Made by a program: the position numbers and the translations under genes. From Vibrio vulnificus CMCP6 (GTDB lineage Bacteria > Pseudomonadota > Gammaproteobacteria > Enterobacterales > Vibrionaceae): 32,000 nucleotides of DNA. Below, piece by piece: positions 1 through 9,608 of the stretch. Every line of letters begins with the position of its first letter. The first letter of the stretch is position 1. Under the pieces are notes generated by a model. The model ran no database searches, was not told where the DNA came from, and saw only the letters and a program-made list of their open reading frames with translations. Location of the stretch: positions 180,001 through 212,000 of the forward strand of contig NC_004459.3 of assembly GCF_000039765.1 (NCBI RefSeq), read 5' to 3'.

Positions 1-623
<623 letters not shown>

Positions 624-857
624 TTATACCGAAGCTCACTGCCTACTGGGCTATGCCCCACGGTAAGTTTCGGTATAAGTGTTCTTCAAATTGACAATAA
701 AACAGGCGTGCACATTACACGCCCGATGATTTTGTTTCAAGTCGGCATTCTAACACACTATTTCTCGTTCTAGAGTCAGTTAAGACTAAAGAATGTTCAA
801 GCTCTCACAAATCGCTTTGGAAACCATCATTTTTTTGCATGTTGAATGCCGATACAT

Positions 858-886
858 ACAAAAAGCCCGCAAATGCGAGCTTTTTG
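858..886 (-). terminator. intrinsic terminator downstream of htpG
   Basis: Minus-strand hairpin AGCTCGC-ATTT-GCGGGCT (864-881, one G.U pair) followed by TTTTTG, about 20 nt after the htpG stop. Confidence 0.7.
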
Positions 887-901
887 GTGATTTTAGCCTT
901 A

Positions 902-2806
902 TTAGCCCTTAGTCAAAAGCGAGTTAATGGCCGTTAAGAACTGGCTAGGATCTTCCATTGAGCCACGCTCTGCAAGCATTGCTTGACCCAGTAATACCTC
1001 TACCCAGCGGCCAAACGCTTCTTCATCCGTCTCATCCGCCATTTGCTTAACAAGCGTATGATTTGGGTTGATCTCAAAAATGTACTTCACTTCAGGAACA
1101 GCCTGCCCTGCTGCCGCCAGTAGCTTCGCCATCTGTGTGCCCATTTCGAAATCATCGGTCACCACCACCGCTGGGGTATTCGCTAGCTTAAAGGTGGTAC
1201 GCACCTCTTTCACACGATCACCCAAGTAGCTCTTGGTGCGCTCAACCACGGACTGGAACTCTTGTTCCGTTTCTTTCTGCTTCTCTTTCTCTTGCTCATC
1301 TTCAAATTGGCTAAGATCAAGGCCCGCTTTCGTGATTGACTGGAACTGCTTACCATCAAACTCTGTTAGGTAGTTCATCAACCATTCGTCAATACGGTCA
1401 AACATTAAGATAACTTCAAGACCTTTGGCTTTAAACTGCTCTAGGTGAGGGCTGTTTTTCGCTGCCGCATAGCTGTCTGCTGTGAGGTAGTAGATCTTGT
1501 CTTGGCCTTCTTTCATGCGCTCAACATAAGACTCAAGAGAAACGGTCTGCTCTGCAGAGTCCACTTCTGTCGAGGCAAAGCGTAACAACGACGCCACTTT
1601 CTCGCGGTTGGCGTAATCTTCGGCTGGACCCTCCTTCATCACCAAACCAAATTCTTTCCAGAAAGTTTGGTATTTATCTGTGTCATTTTTCGCCAAGCGC
1701 TCGAGCATGGTTAAAACACGTTTAGTGCACGCACCGCGTAGCGATTGAGTCACCTTGTTGTCTTGCAAGATCTCGCGAGAGACGTTGAGCGGCAGATCGT
1801 TGGAGTCAATCAAACCGCGGACAAAACGCAAGTAAGATGGCATAAATTGCTCAGCGTCATCCATGATGAAAACGCGCTGAACATAGAGTTTAAGACCAGA
1901 TTTATGGTCACGGTTCATCATATCCCAAGGCGCTTTCGATGGAATATAAAGGAGGCTGGTATAGTCGTTTTTGCCTTCTACTCGGTTGTGACTCCAAAGT
2001 AATGGGTCAGCAAAATCGTGAGAGACATGCTTGTAAAACTCTTGATACTCTTCGTCTGAGATATCGGATTTATTGCGCGTCCAAAGTGCTTGGGCTTTAT
2101 TGATTTGCTCCCACTTCACTTCTTCTGTTTCTTTGCCTTCTTCATCGCGAACACGGGTTTGAATAGAAACAGGAATGCCAATGTGATCGGAATACTTACC
2201 AATCACATCACGTAAACGCCATTCGTTGAGGAACTCTTTGCCGTCTTCACGCATGTGCAGAATAATATCAGTACCACGTGATTCTTTGGTAATGTCTTCA
2301 ACGGTGTATTCACCTTCACCTGCAGAATGCCAAAGTACCGCTTGGTCTGCGCTAAGACCCGCCGCTCGAGTTCGTACCGTCACTGCATCAGCCACAATGA
2401 AGGCTGAATAGAAACCAACACCAAACTGACCAATCAGCTGAGAATCTTTTGATTGCTCTTGAGATAGTTTAGAGAAAAACTCCGCCGTACCAGATTTGGC
2501 AATGGTGCCCAAATGCGAAATCACCTCTTCGCGGCTCATACCAATCCCGTTATCGGAAATCGTCAGCGTGTTATGTTCTTCGTTAAAAGAAAGCTTCACG
2601 CCCAATTCTGCATCATTTTCATAAAGAGCAGGATTGGACAACGCTTGAAAACGCAGTTTATCGGCTGCGTCGGAGGCGTTGGAGATCAACTCACGTAGGA
2701 AGATTTCTTTATTGGAATACAGTGAGTGGATCATCAGATGGAGAAGTTGTTTTACCTCTGACTGAAAGCCACGAGTTTCTTTGTTATTTGCTACTGTCTC
2801 GTTCAT
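902..2806 (-). CDS. htpG: Hsp90-family chaperone HtpG
   Basis: ORF 902-2812. [44 protein letters not shown] is the HtpG N-terminal ATPase signature. Start moved to ATG 2806 because GGAG (complement of 2813-2816) directly abuts the GTG at 2812 but lies 6 nt before the ATG. Confidence 0.95.
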   Translation of the reverse strand: MNETVANNKETRGFQSEVKQLLHLMIHSLYSNKEIFLRELISNASDAADKLRFQALSNPALYENDAELGVKLSFNEEHNTLTISDNGIGMSREEVISHLGTIAKSGTAEFFSKLSQEQSKDSQLIGQFGVGFYSAFIVADAVTVRTRAAGLSADQAVLWHSAGEGEYTVEDITKESRGTDIILHMREDGKEFLNEWRLRDVIGKYSDHIGIPVSIQTRVRDEEGKETEEVKWEQINKAQALWTRNKSDISDEEYQEFYKHVSHDFADPLLWSHNRVEGKNDYTSLLYIPSKAPWDMMNRDHKSGLKLYVQRVFIMDDAEQFMPSYLRFVRGLIDSNDLPLNVSREILQDNKVTQSLRGACTKRVLTMLERLAKNDTDKYQTFWKEFGLVMKEGPAEDYANREKVASLLRFASTEVDSAEQTVSLESYVERMKEGQDKIYYLTADSYAAAKNSPHLEQFKAKGLEVILMFDRIDEWLMNYLTEFDGKQFQSITKAGLDLSQFEDEQEKEKQKETEQEFQSVVERTKSYLGDRVKEVRTTFKLANTPAVVVTDDFEMGTQMAKLLAAAGQAVPEVKYIFEINPNHTLVKQMADETDEEAFGRWVEVLLGQAMLAERGSMEDPSQFLTAINSLLTKG

Positions 2807-2859
2807 TTTCACTCCAAAGTTCTCTAATTGGGTGGGAAATCAATCGCTTGTTACGTAAC

Positions 2860-2886
2860 ATATGGCTGACAAATGTAAATTCAAGG
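2860..2886 (-). promoter_or_regulatory. candidate sigma32 heat-shock promoter of htpG
   Basis: Minus strand reads CCTTGAA-N14-CCATAT (consensus CTTGAAA-N13-15-CCCCATNT), about 50 nt upstream of the htpG ATG. Confidence 0.5.
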
Positions 2887-3038
2887 TCAATTGTGGTAAA
2901 AACGCTGTTTTTTTAGATAAATTTAATTATCCTATTGAGCTAAATACATCTAAAGAAGCATAAGAGATGTTGGTCTAAGCGCTTGTTGCGCAAATAAGCA
3001 CCAAAAAACGCTGAATCATCGATATAAAGAAGAACCTC

Positions 3039-3911
3039 ATGAGTAATATCGGCACTAAGTTTGTAATCGCACAGCGATTTGTTTTCGATCCTAACAGCAA
3101 CACATTACTTGATCAGGCTGTCAACAATGAAGTGACTCGATTAGGTAGCAATGAAAGTCGAATTTTACTTCTGTTATCAGAAAAACCTAACGAGGTATTA
3201 ACTCGTAACGAGTTGCATGAGTTTGTTTGGCGCGAACAAGGTTTCGAAGTCGATGATTCCAGCCTAACTCAAGCGATTTCTACCTTACGCAAAATGCTCA
3301 AAGACTCTACAAAGTCCCCTGAGTTTGTGAAAACGGTTCCAAAACGTGGTTATCAGTTGATCTGTTCGGTTGAGCGCATTAACCCGCTCCTGTCAGATTC
3401 AACCAACAACGTGAATGACGCAGCTTCTGAAGCATTAGATCAAGAAGAATTAGAAAACGAAATCAGTACTGACGCGGTTCAAACATCCTCGTCAGAAATT
3501 GGTAGAGATGTCGCGCATAATGCTGGCACGTCAACAAAGATGGCCGCGTCACAAAAAAATTGGCTAATTAAAGGGCTATTCTTGTTAGCCGCACTGCTGC
3601 CACTTTGCGTTGTCTTGCTCACCAATCCGTCGGAGTCTAAGTTCCGTTTACTGGAAAATGTCAATGGTGTGGAAGTGCTCACTCCACTGAATCATCCACC
3701 ATTACAAGCTTGGATGCCTTCTATTAGGCAGTGTGTTAATAAGTATGCAGAAACGCATACTGGCGATTCTGCTCCAGTAAAAGTGATCGCGACAGGTGGC
3801 CAGGGTAATCAGTTGATCCTCAATTACATCCACACACTTCCACATTCAAACGAGAACGTGACGCTGAGAATTTTCTCAGAACAAAACGATCTTGGCTCTA
3901 TCTGTAAATAA
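3039..3911 (+). CDS. toxR: transmembrane transcriptional activator ToxR
   Basis: N-terminal OmpR-type winged helix (LGSNESRILLLLSEKPNEVLTRNELHEFVWREQGFEVDDSSLTQAISTLRKMLKDSTKSPEFVKTVPKRGYQL), a low-complexity tether, one TM helix (WLIKGLFLLAALLPLCVVLL) and a periplasmic domain with two Cys. toxS follows immediately. Confidence 0.95.
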   Translation: MSNIGTKFVIAQRFVFDPNSNTLLDQAVNNEVTRLGSNESRILLLLSEKPNEVLTRNELHEFVWREQGFEVDDSSLTQAISTLRKMLKDSTKSPEFVKTVPKRGYQLICSVERINPLLSDSTNNVNDAASEALDQEELENEISTDAVQTSSSEIGRDVAHNAGTSTKMAASQKNWLIKGLFLLAALLPLCVVLLTNPSESKFRLLENVNGVEVLTPLNHPPLQAWMPSIRQCVNKYAETHTGDSAPVKVIATGGQGNQLILNYIHTLPHSNENVTLRIFSEQNDLGSICK

Positions 3912-3923
3912 ATGAGGTGCACA

Positions 3924-4442
3924 ATGAAACTTCGAATTGCTTCTGTTGTTTTGGCTGCATCGGCTGTGTTTAGTGGGTGGCTTTATTGGGGTAGCGACCT
4001 CAAAGTTGAGCAGGTTTTGACTTCCAAAGAGTGGCAGTCCTATATGGTGACGGTCATCACGGATGATCTGCAAAATGAAGGTTCCGTCGGACCGCTGCGC
4101 AAAGTCACTTTAACGTCGAACGTTAAGTATCTGCCCAATGGCAATTACGTGCGCGTTTCGGTGTTGAAGCTTTACTCAAATGAGTCCTCTCAAGAGGTAG
4201 TGATCAACATTTCTGAATCAGGCACTTGGGACGTCAGCGACAATTATCTGCTGGTGACGGCAAAAGAGTTTAAAGACATCTCTTCTTCGCAATCAAAAGA
4301 TTTCAGTGATGCCCAACTCAAACTCATCACGAAAGTGTTCAAAATGGATGCACAACAAAGCCGTCGCATCGACATCGTCAATGACCAAACATTATTGCTG
4401 ACCAGCCTAAACCACGGCTCATCAGTACTGTTTTCCAACTGA
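3924..4442 (+). CDS. toxS: ToxR-stabilising periplasmic partner ToxS
   Basis: ORF 3912-4442. MKLRIASVVLAASAVFSGWLYWGSDLKVEQVLTSKEWQS matches the ToxS N-terminus. Start moved to ATG 3924, which has GAGGTG 6 nt upstream. Confidence 0.9.
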   Translation: MKLRIASVVLAASAVFSGWLYWGSDLKVEQVLTSKEWQSYMVTVITDDLQNEGSVGPLRKVTLTSNVKYLPNGNYVRVSVLKLYSNESSQEVVINISESGTWDVSDNYLLVTAKEFKDISSSQSKDFSDAQLKLITKVFKMDAQQSRRIDIVNDQTLLLTSLNHGSSVLFSN

Positions 4443-4464
4443 CGATCGTTTAGTCATCGAATAA

Positions 4465-4484
4465 GGGAGCGGGATGCTCCCTTT
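4465..4484 (+). terminator. weak hairpin after toxS
   Basis: GGGAGC-GGGAT-GCTCCC followed by only TTT. It lies 10 nt before the next start codon. Confidence 0.35.
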
Positions 4485-4493
4485 GGTGTATAT

Positions 4494-5249
4494 ATGGATT
4501 GGATTTCAACACTGTTTCTCTTCTTCGGCTCTCTAATTGCCAACACACTCGCCTCTCTTGCTGGCGGAGGTGCAGGTTTGCTGCAATTTCCTCTGCTCAT
4601 TTTTCTTGGCTTGCCATTTGGTGTGGCGCTAGCGACCCACAAACTGGCCAGTGTTGCCTTAGGGGTTGGTGCCGCCTATAGCCACTTTCGTTCAGGTAAA
4701 ATTCCACTATCGGTGGCTGCCTATTTGGTTTTCACCGGCAGCATTGGCGTTGTGATTGGCGCTCACTTAGTGTTAATGATCCCAAGCGACATTGCAGAAA
4801 TACTGTTGGGTACGATGATCCTTGCTCTGGGTATTTACTCGCGTTTCAAAAAGCAATTAGGTCAACACGAGCAACCTCGTAATAGGCATCTTCAAGGTTG
4901 GCTATTCGGAGGCATTGGCCTGATGCTCATCGGGGTGATCAATGGCTCGTTGACTGCGAGCTCTGGCTTATTAGTGACCTTGTTTTTGGTCCGTTGGTTT
5001 GGTTACGATTACAAGCAAGCCGTTGCTCTTACGCTAATATGCGTCGGTTTCTTTTGGAACGGTATTGGTGGTATTGCAGTAGTGCAAGCTGGCGCACCTG
5101 TTCATTGGCCTTGGCTACCCATTCTTCTCGCAAGCTCTTTTTTGGGTGGCGCACTTGGCGCATGGATGACGAATCGCTACAGTAATCGAACGGTAAAAAT
5201 TGCCTTTGAATTGCTGACTTTTGCCGTTGGGCTCAAATTGTTATTTTAA
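4494..5249 (+). CDS. TauE/SafE (DUF81) family anion permease
   Basis: 251-aa polytopic membrane protein with Gly-rich helices (LAGGGAGLLQFPLLIFLG, GSLTASSGLLV) typical of TauE/SafE sulfite-exporter-like proteins. Confidence 0.7.
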   Translation: MDWISTLFLFFGSLIANTLASLAGGGAGLLQFPLLIFLGLPFGVALATHKLASVALGVGAAYSHFRSGKIPLSVAAYLVFTGSIGVVIGAHLVLMIPSDIAEILLGTMILALGIYSRFKKQLGQHEQPRNRHLQGWLFGGIGLMLIGVINGSLTASSGLLVTLFLVRWFGYDYKQAVALTLICVGFFWNGIGGIAVVQAGAPVHWPWLPILLASSFLGGALGAWMTNRYSNRTVKIAFELLTFAVGLKLLF

Positions 5250-5258
5250 GGATTGACG

Positions 5259-5537
5259 ATGCTCAAAGCGAAAATTGAGATCTATTACTGCCGCCAGTGT
5301 AACTGGATGCTTCGCTCGACTTGGTTGAGCCAAGAGTTATTGCATACATTCAGTGAGGAGATTGCCTCTATTACCCTCTATCCCGATACTGGTGGGCGTT
5401 TTGAGATCCACTGCAACGATGAGCTGATTTGGGAGAGAAAGCGAGATGGTGGTTTTCCTGAAGCAAAAGAGCTCAAACAAAGAGTCCGCGATATCATCGC
5501 CCCCGAAAGGGATCTTGGTCACGTTGACAAAAAATAA
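5259..5537 (+). CDS. Rdx/SelW-SelT-like small thioredoxin-fold protein with CxxC motif
   Basis: KIEIYYCRQCNWMLRSTWLSQELL and FEI..N..LIWERKRDGGFPEAKELKQRV resemble the SelW/SelT/Rdx family. ATG 5259 has AAGGA 6 nt upstream (the ORF track starts at TTG 5253). Confidence 0.65.
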   Translation: MLKAKIEIYYCRQCNWMLRSTWLSQELLHTFSEEIASITLYPDTGGRFEIHCNDELIWERKRDGGFPEAKELKQRVRDIIAPERDLGHVDKK

Positions 5538-5560
5538 GGCAGTGGTGACTGCCTTATTTG
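5535..5560. terminator. bidirectional terminator between convergent genes
   Basis: Perfect 9-bp stem TAAGGCAGT-GGTG-ACTGCCTTA, flanked by an A run on the left and TTTG on the right. Confidence 0.75.
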
Positions 5561-5572
5561 ACGTGCTGGATT

Positions 5573-6130
5573 TTAGCCACCAATTTGGCAGGAGTGTAAC
5601 AGCTCACCTTGTAATGAAATGACGGACAAGGTGCCATTTTCAAAGAGGCCATAGCTAGCCAGTTGATTTTCCCGAGGAAAAGTCACAGAGCCCGGATTAA
5701 AAACGACGATCTCCCCTTGCGGCTCCGCTAGCGCTACATGGCTATGCCCATGCGCCAAAATATCCCCGGCTTTCAACGCAGGTTGTTGTTTGGCATTGTA
5801 CAGATGACCATGAGTGAGAAAGAGTCGAGCGCCTGATTCAAGCAATACCCAACTGTAATCCATCATCATTGGAAAAGAGAGCAACATCTGATCCACTTCA
5901 CTATCGCAATTGCCTCTGACCGCGATAATTTGGTTGGCGTACTGATTTAATTTCTCAGCCACTTGAGGTGGATTATAAGACGAAGGAACAGGGTTCCTTG
6001 GTCCATGATTGAGTATGTCCCCCAGTAAAATGAGGTGATCCGCTCCTGATTGTTCAAATAACGCCAATGTTTGCTCTGTCGCCTCTAGGCTGCCATGCAA
6101 ATCCGAAGCAAAAAATAATTTCACAAGCAC
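5573..6130 (-). CDS. yfcE: YfcE-type Mn-dependent metallophosphoesterase
   Basis: FASDLHGS, LILLGDILNHGPRN, IAVRGNCDSEVDQMLL, FLTHGH, GHSH and FNPGSV align with E. coli YfcE motifs. The start could be GTG 6130 or GTG 6124. Confidence 0.85.
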   Translation of the reverse strand: MLVKLFFASDLHGSLEATEQTLALFEQSGADHLILLGDILNHGPRNPVPSSYNPPQVAEKLNQYANQIIAVRGNCDSEVDQMLLSFPMMMDYSWVLLESGARLFLTHGHLYNAKQQPALKAGDILAHGHSHVALAEPQGEIVVFNPGSVTFPRENQLASYGLFENGTLSVISLQGELLHSCQIGG

Positions 6131-6170
6131 TTCCCCCTAAAAATACTAGGGTATTCTAACGCTGCAAAGA

Positions 6171-6578
6171 CTACTCGTCATCCCGAGCCATGGCATTGAT
6201 CACAATATTGTTGTAGCTGACCATACCAATCACTTCACCATTCTCAATCACTGGTGCTCGGCTAATGCCAAAACGCTCAAACAAACGTGCGCAGTATTTT
6301 ACGTTCATATCCGGCGAAACACACAACGCAGGCTTGGTCATGATTTCATAAATATTGGTGCGATTGGGCGAGCGATTTTTTGCCAGAACTTTTTTGGCGA
6401 TATCGTTCATCAAAACGATACCGAATTCATCATCCTCGTGACGCTTATTCACCACCAGCGCTTTCACCTGATGTGCGCGTGCCAGTGTGATCCCTTGGTG
6501 CACCGTCGTAAGGCCATCCACCACGACAAAGGTGTTGGCCATTACGTCTCTCACTCGAATTTTATCATGGCTATTCAT
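6171..6578 (-). CDS. stand-alone CBS-pair domain protein
   Basis: 135 aa with two CBS repeats (VRDVMANTFVVVDGLTTVHQGITLARAHQVKALVV and IYEIMTKPALCVSPDMNVKYCARLFERFGISRAPVIENGEVIGMVS). Its ATG overlaps the upstream stop as ATGA at 6575-6578. Confidence 0.85.
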   Translation of the reverse strand: MNSHDKIRVRDVMANTFVVVDGLTTVHQGITLARAHQVKALVVNKRHEDDEFGIVLMNDIAKKVLAKNRSPNRTNIYEIMTKPALCVSPDMNVKYCARLFERFGISRAPVIENGEVIGMVSYNNIVINAMARDDE

Positions 6579-6925
6579 ATTTCATCCTCAACCACTTTGG
6601 TCAACTTGGCAACTTGATGCGCCACACCTACGGCATCTTCTATGTCGATTTGAATGGCGATTCCTTGCCCAGATTCGGTATCAAACTCCCCTACTTCACT
6701 GATGGTTTCCAATATATGTCGCGATAAGTGCTCCTCAACCACGAACAGTACGACATCTTTCTGCACTTCCAGCGTGAGGCCAAAAAAAGTGCGTTTTTGA
6801 TTCAAACCTTGACCGCGCGCGTTGTTAATCACGGTCGCTCCAGTAGCCCCCGCTTCTCGCGCAGCATCCAACACCACATCCGTTTTACTGTCTTCCACGA
6901 ATGCTAGAATCAATTTAAATCGCAT
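6575..6925 (-). CDS. P-II-fold (GlnB-like) signal transduction protein
   Basis: About 116 aa with a beta-alpha-beta, loop, beta-alpha-beta layout ([38 protein letters not shown]...VVLFVVEEHLSRHILETISE...GQGIAIQIDIEDA). Three consecutive ATGs lie at 6931, 6928 and 6925. AGGAGG (complement of 6932-6937) favours the third. Confidence 0.7.
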   Translation of the reverse strand: MRFKLILAFVEDSKTDVVLDAAREAGATGATVINNARGQGLNQKRTFFGLTLEVQKDVVLFVVEEHLSRHILETISEVGEFDTESGQGIAIQIDIEDAVGVAHQVAKLTKVVEDEI

Positions 6926-7709
6926 CATCATCCTCCTGTGACGAATAGCGGCGATTGAACCACTGCGTTATTTGCGCGTAGCCCATCACAGATATCATCG
7001 GAAAAAGGCTGGCAAAAGCAATTAAGCCAAACCCATCAATTAATGGGCTTCTGCCAGGTACGGTTGAAGCAAGCCCAAGCCCTAGCGCGGCAACCAACGG
7101 CACTGTCACGGTGGATGTAGTCACACCACCAGAATCATAAGCTAAGGGGATAATCATTCTTGGGGCAAAGTAGGTTTGAATGACCACAATAATGTAGCCA
7201 GCAATAATGTAGTAATGGATGGGATCACCGACGACAATTCGGTAGCTGCCAAGGGCGATGCCCACTGCCACCCCAATGGCAACAGCCACGCGCAGCCCCG
7301 TTACGCCGATACTGCCGCCTGAAACTTGGTTAGCTTTGATGGCGACAGCAATAAGAGAAGGCTCTGCAATGGTAGTGCTAAAGCCGATAAAAAACGCAAA
7401 CAGATACACCCAGTAGTAATCCACCCATTGCAACTGCTGACCTAAACTGATTCGCACTGCTTGTAGAAATGCAGGCTCCGTCAGTTGTATCGCCATCGTC
7501 TCACCCAATGGAAAAAGTGCGAGATCCAAGCCAATCAAAAATAAGGCTAAACCAATGATCACGTAACCAAAACCAAGCAACACTTTCAATGGATTGGTAA
7601 TTGGCTTGCGTAAAATGGCAAATTGAAAGCCAAAAATGATCACCGCTATGGGGACAACATCCAATACGGTGGTGGTTAAAGTGTCGGTAAAGCGTTCGAA
7701 CTCAATCAT
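6915..7709 (-). CDS. DUF1538-like polytopic membrane protein, paralog B
   Basis: 264-aa multi-TM protein with motifs [34 protein letters not shown] and [15 protein letters not shown], and an acidic tail SSQEDDDAI. Its start overlaps the stop of paralog A (ATGA at 7706-7709). The DUF1538 assignment is from memory. Confidence 0.65.
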   Translation of the reverse strand: MIEFERFTDTLTTTVLDVVPIAVIIFGFQFAILRKPITNPLKVLLGFGYVIIGLALFLIGLDLALFPLGETMAIQLTEPAFLQAVRISLGQQLQWVDYYWVYLFAFFIGFSTTIAEPSLIAVAIKANQVSGGSIGVTGLRVAVAIGVAVGIALGSYRIVVGDPIHYYIIAGYIIVVIQTYFAPRMIIPLAYDSGGVTTSTVTVPLVAALGLGLASTVPGRSPLIDGFGLIAFASLFPMISVMGYAQITQWFNRRYSSQEDDDAI

Positions 7710-8440
7710 GCCACCACCATGCCGTAGATCATGACGAACATCATGGGCAATAAGGAGGCAAACGCAATTAAGCCAAAACCATCAATCATCGGGTTTCGCC
7801 CCTTAATGGATGAAGCGAGCCCCACCCCCAACGCCGTCACAAGGGGAACAGTGATGGTCGACGTCGTGACGCCTCCCGAATCGTATGCGATGCCGATAAT
7901 GGTTTCCGGAGCAAACCCCGTCAGCACCACCACGCCAATGTAGCCACCAATAATCAAATAGTGAATCGGCCAACCTTTTAAGATGCGCAGTACGCCAAGT
8001 ACTATCGCAGCCCCAACTGACAACGCTACGGTTAAACGCAAGCCGTTGGCATACTCTTCCATAGAGTCTTCTGTATGGGCGATCATGCCGCCTTCCGCCG
8101 CGACTTCTGCCGCTTCATTGGCGACCGCGGTCAAGGCGGGCTCTGCGATCGTCGTACCAAAACCAAGACAAAACGCAAAAACCATCAACCAAAACACACT
8201 GCCTTTTCTCGCAAAAGCTTGCGCCATCGATTCACCAATGGGAAAGAGCCCCATTTCTAACCCAAAGATAAAAAAGGTCAAACCGAGGATCACAAGAACA
8301 AGACCAAAGCCGATGGACAAAATATTGGGTAATGGCTCTTTGAGTACAACGATTTGAAAGAAAACAATCACCACAACAATGGGCAACAAATCTCTCGCAC
8401 TTGCCGCAAACGCTTTAAGTAACGCTATGATTGCATTCAT
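7706..8440 (-). CDS. DUF1538-like polytopic membrane protein, paralog A
   Basis: 244-aa multi-TM protein with motifs [34 protein letters not shown] and [20 protein letters not shown] lies 6 nt before ATG 8440. Confidence 0.65.
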   Translation of the reverse strand: MNAIIALLKAFAASARDLLPIVVVIVFFQIVVLKEPLPNILSIGFGLVLVILGLTFFIFGLEMGLFPIGESMAQAFARKGSVFWLMVFAFCLGFGTTIAEPALTAVANEAAEVAAEGGMIAHTEDSMEEYANGLRLTVALSVGAAIVLGVLRILKGWPIHYLIIGGYIGVVVLTGFAPETIIGIAYDSGGVTTSTITVPLVTALGVGLASSIKGRNPMIDGFGLIAFASLLPMMFVMIYGMVVA

Positions 8441-8653
8441 CCGCTGTCCTTAGTGTGATTGTCCTTGTTGTAATCATTGCAGAGTTTTTTTCGTTGCGAT
8501 GTGATTCGTGTGAAAAGCACAGTAATAATTGGTTACATTTTGACAGGAATGTGACCTTACTCAGAAACAAGGGCAAGATGAACCATTGAACTATCATAGG
8601 GTTGGCTGCGTACTTATCTGTGCCATATACTAAATGCAGGTATGGAGGCGTGC

Positions 8654-9568
8654 ATGAAAATACTATTGACTGGTGGAACAGGTTTTATCGGTTCGGAACT
8701 GCTGAAAACTTTGTCTTCTCATCAGATCCTACTGCTCACTCGTAACATCGAAGCGGCAAAGAATAGTCTGAGTTTTGCAGACTTAGGCAACATTCAATAT
8801 CTTGATGACCTCTCTTCTCTGCAAGATTTGAACGATATCGATGCCGTGATTAATTTGGCTGGCGAACCTATCGCCGACAAACGCTGGAGTGCAGCGCAGA
8901 AAAAAGCCATCTGCGACAGTCGATGGCAAATGACCGAAGCTTTGGTCGAGCTGATTCACGCCAGTGCTAAACCCCCAGCCGTTTTTATCAGCGGATCGGC
9001 GGTAGGTTACTATGGCGATCAACAAGCTCATCCATTTGATGAGTGTTTGCACGTTCACAGCGCCGGATTTACTCATACGGTTTGCGCTCATTGGGAGCAA
9101 ATTGCTAAGCGGGCGCAATCAGACCTGACGCGTGTTTGCTTATTGCGCACTGGCGTGGTTCTAGCCCCTCACGGGGGGGCACTCAAAAAAATGTTAATGC
9201 CCTACCAATTTGGCTTAGGCGGCCCTATTGGCAGTGGCAAGCAATACCTACCTTGGATACACCTGCAAGATATGGTGAGAGCGATTGTTTTTCTTCTCGA
9301 AACACCTCACGCTCAAGGTGAATACAACGTCTGTGCACCGCATCCGGTAAGCAATAAAGAGTTTAGCCGCGCCTTGGCCAAATCCCTTCATCGTCCTCAT
9401 GTTCTCTGGACGCCCAAGTGGGTGATGAAACTCATGATGGGAGAATCGTCTTGCCTGCTATTTGATAGCATTCGTGCCAAGCCAAAACGCTTGACCGAAC
9501 TTGGCTTTACGTTCCACTTTTCTCGAATTGAACCCGCTTTAAATCACTTATTGAAAGCCAAACACTGA
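8654..9568 (+). CDS. yfcH: YfcH-type NAD-dependent epimerase family protein
   Basis: MKILLTGGTGFIGSEL Rossmann N-terminus and a C-terminal DUF1731-like region. ATG 8654 has GGAGG 5 nt upstream (the ORF track starts at 8642). Confidence 0.75.
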   Translation: MKILLTGGTGFIGSELLKTLSSHQILLLTRNIEAAKNSLSFADLGNIQYLDDLSSLQDLNDIDAVINLAGEPIADKRWSAAQKKAICDSRWQMTEALVELIHASAKPPAVFISGSAVGYYGDQQAHPFDECLHVHSAGFTHTVCAHWEQIAKRAQSDLTRVCLLRTGVVLAPHGGALKKMLMPYQFGLGGPIGSGKQYLPWIHLQDMVRAIVFLLETPHAQGEYNVCAPHPVSNKEFSRALAKSLHRPHVLWTPKWVMKLMMGESSCLLFDSIRAKPKRLTELGFTFHFSRIEPALNHLLKAKH

Positions 9569-9608
9569 CTCTCAAGCGGTTAACATCGAATTTATTTAAG
9601 GACTAATC

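Noticed and set aside
1745-2916. Plus-strand ORFs of 61-85 aa inside or overlapping htpG (1745-2002, 2226-2411, 2513-2698, 2722-2916)
   Set aside because: They lie antisense to a well-supported long CDS, have no RBS, and translate to low-complexity, Arg/Ser-rich sequences typical of shadow frames. Similar antisense ORFs within ligA, zipA, ptsI, cysK, flgK, flgL, the flagellins and the DUF1538-like genes were rejected for the same reason.
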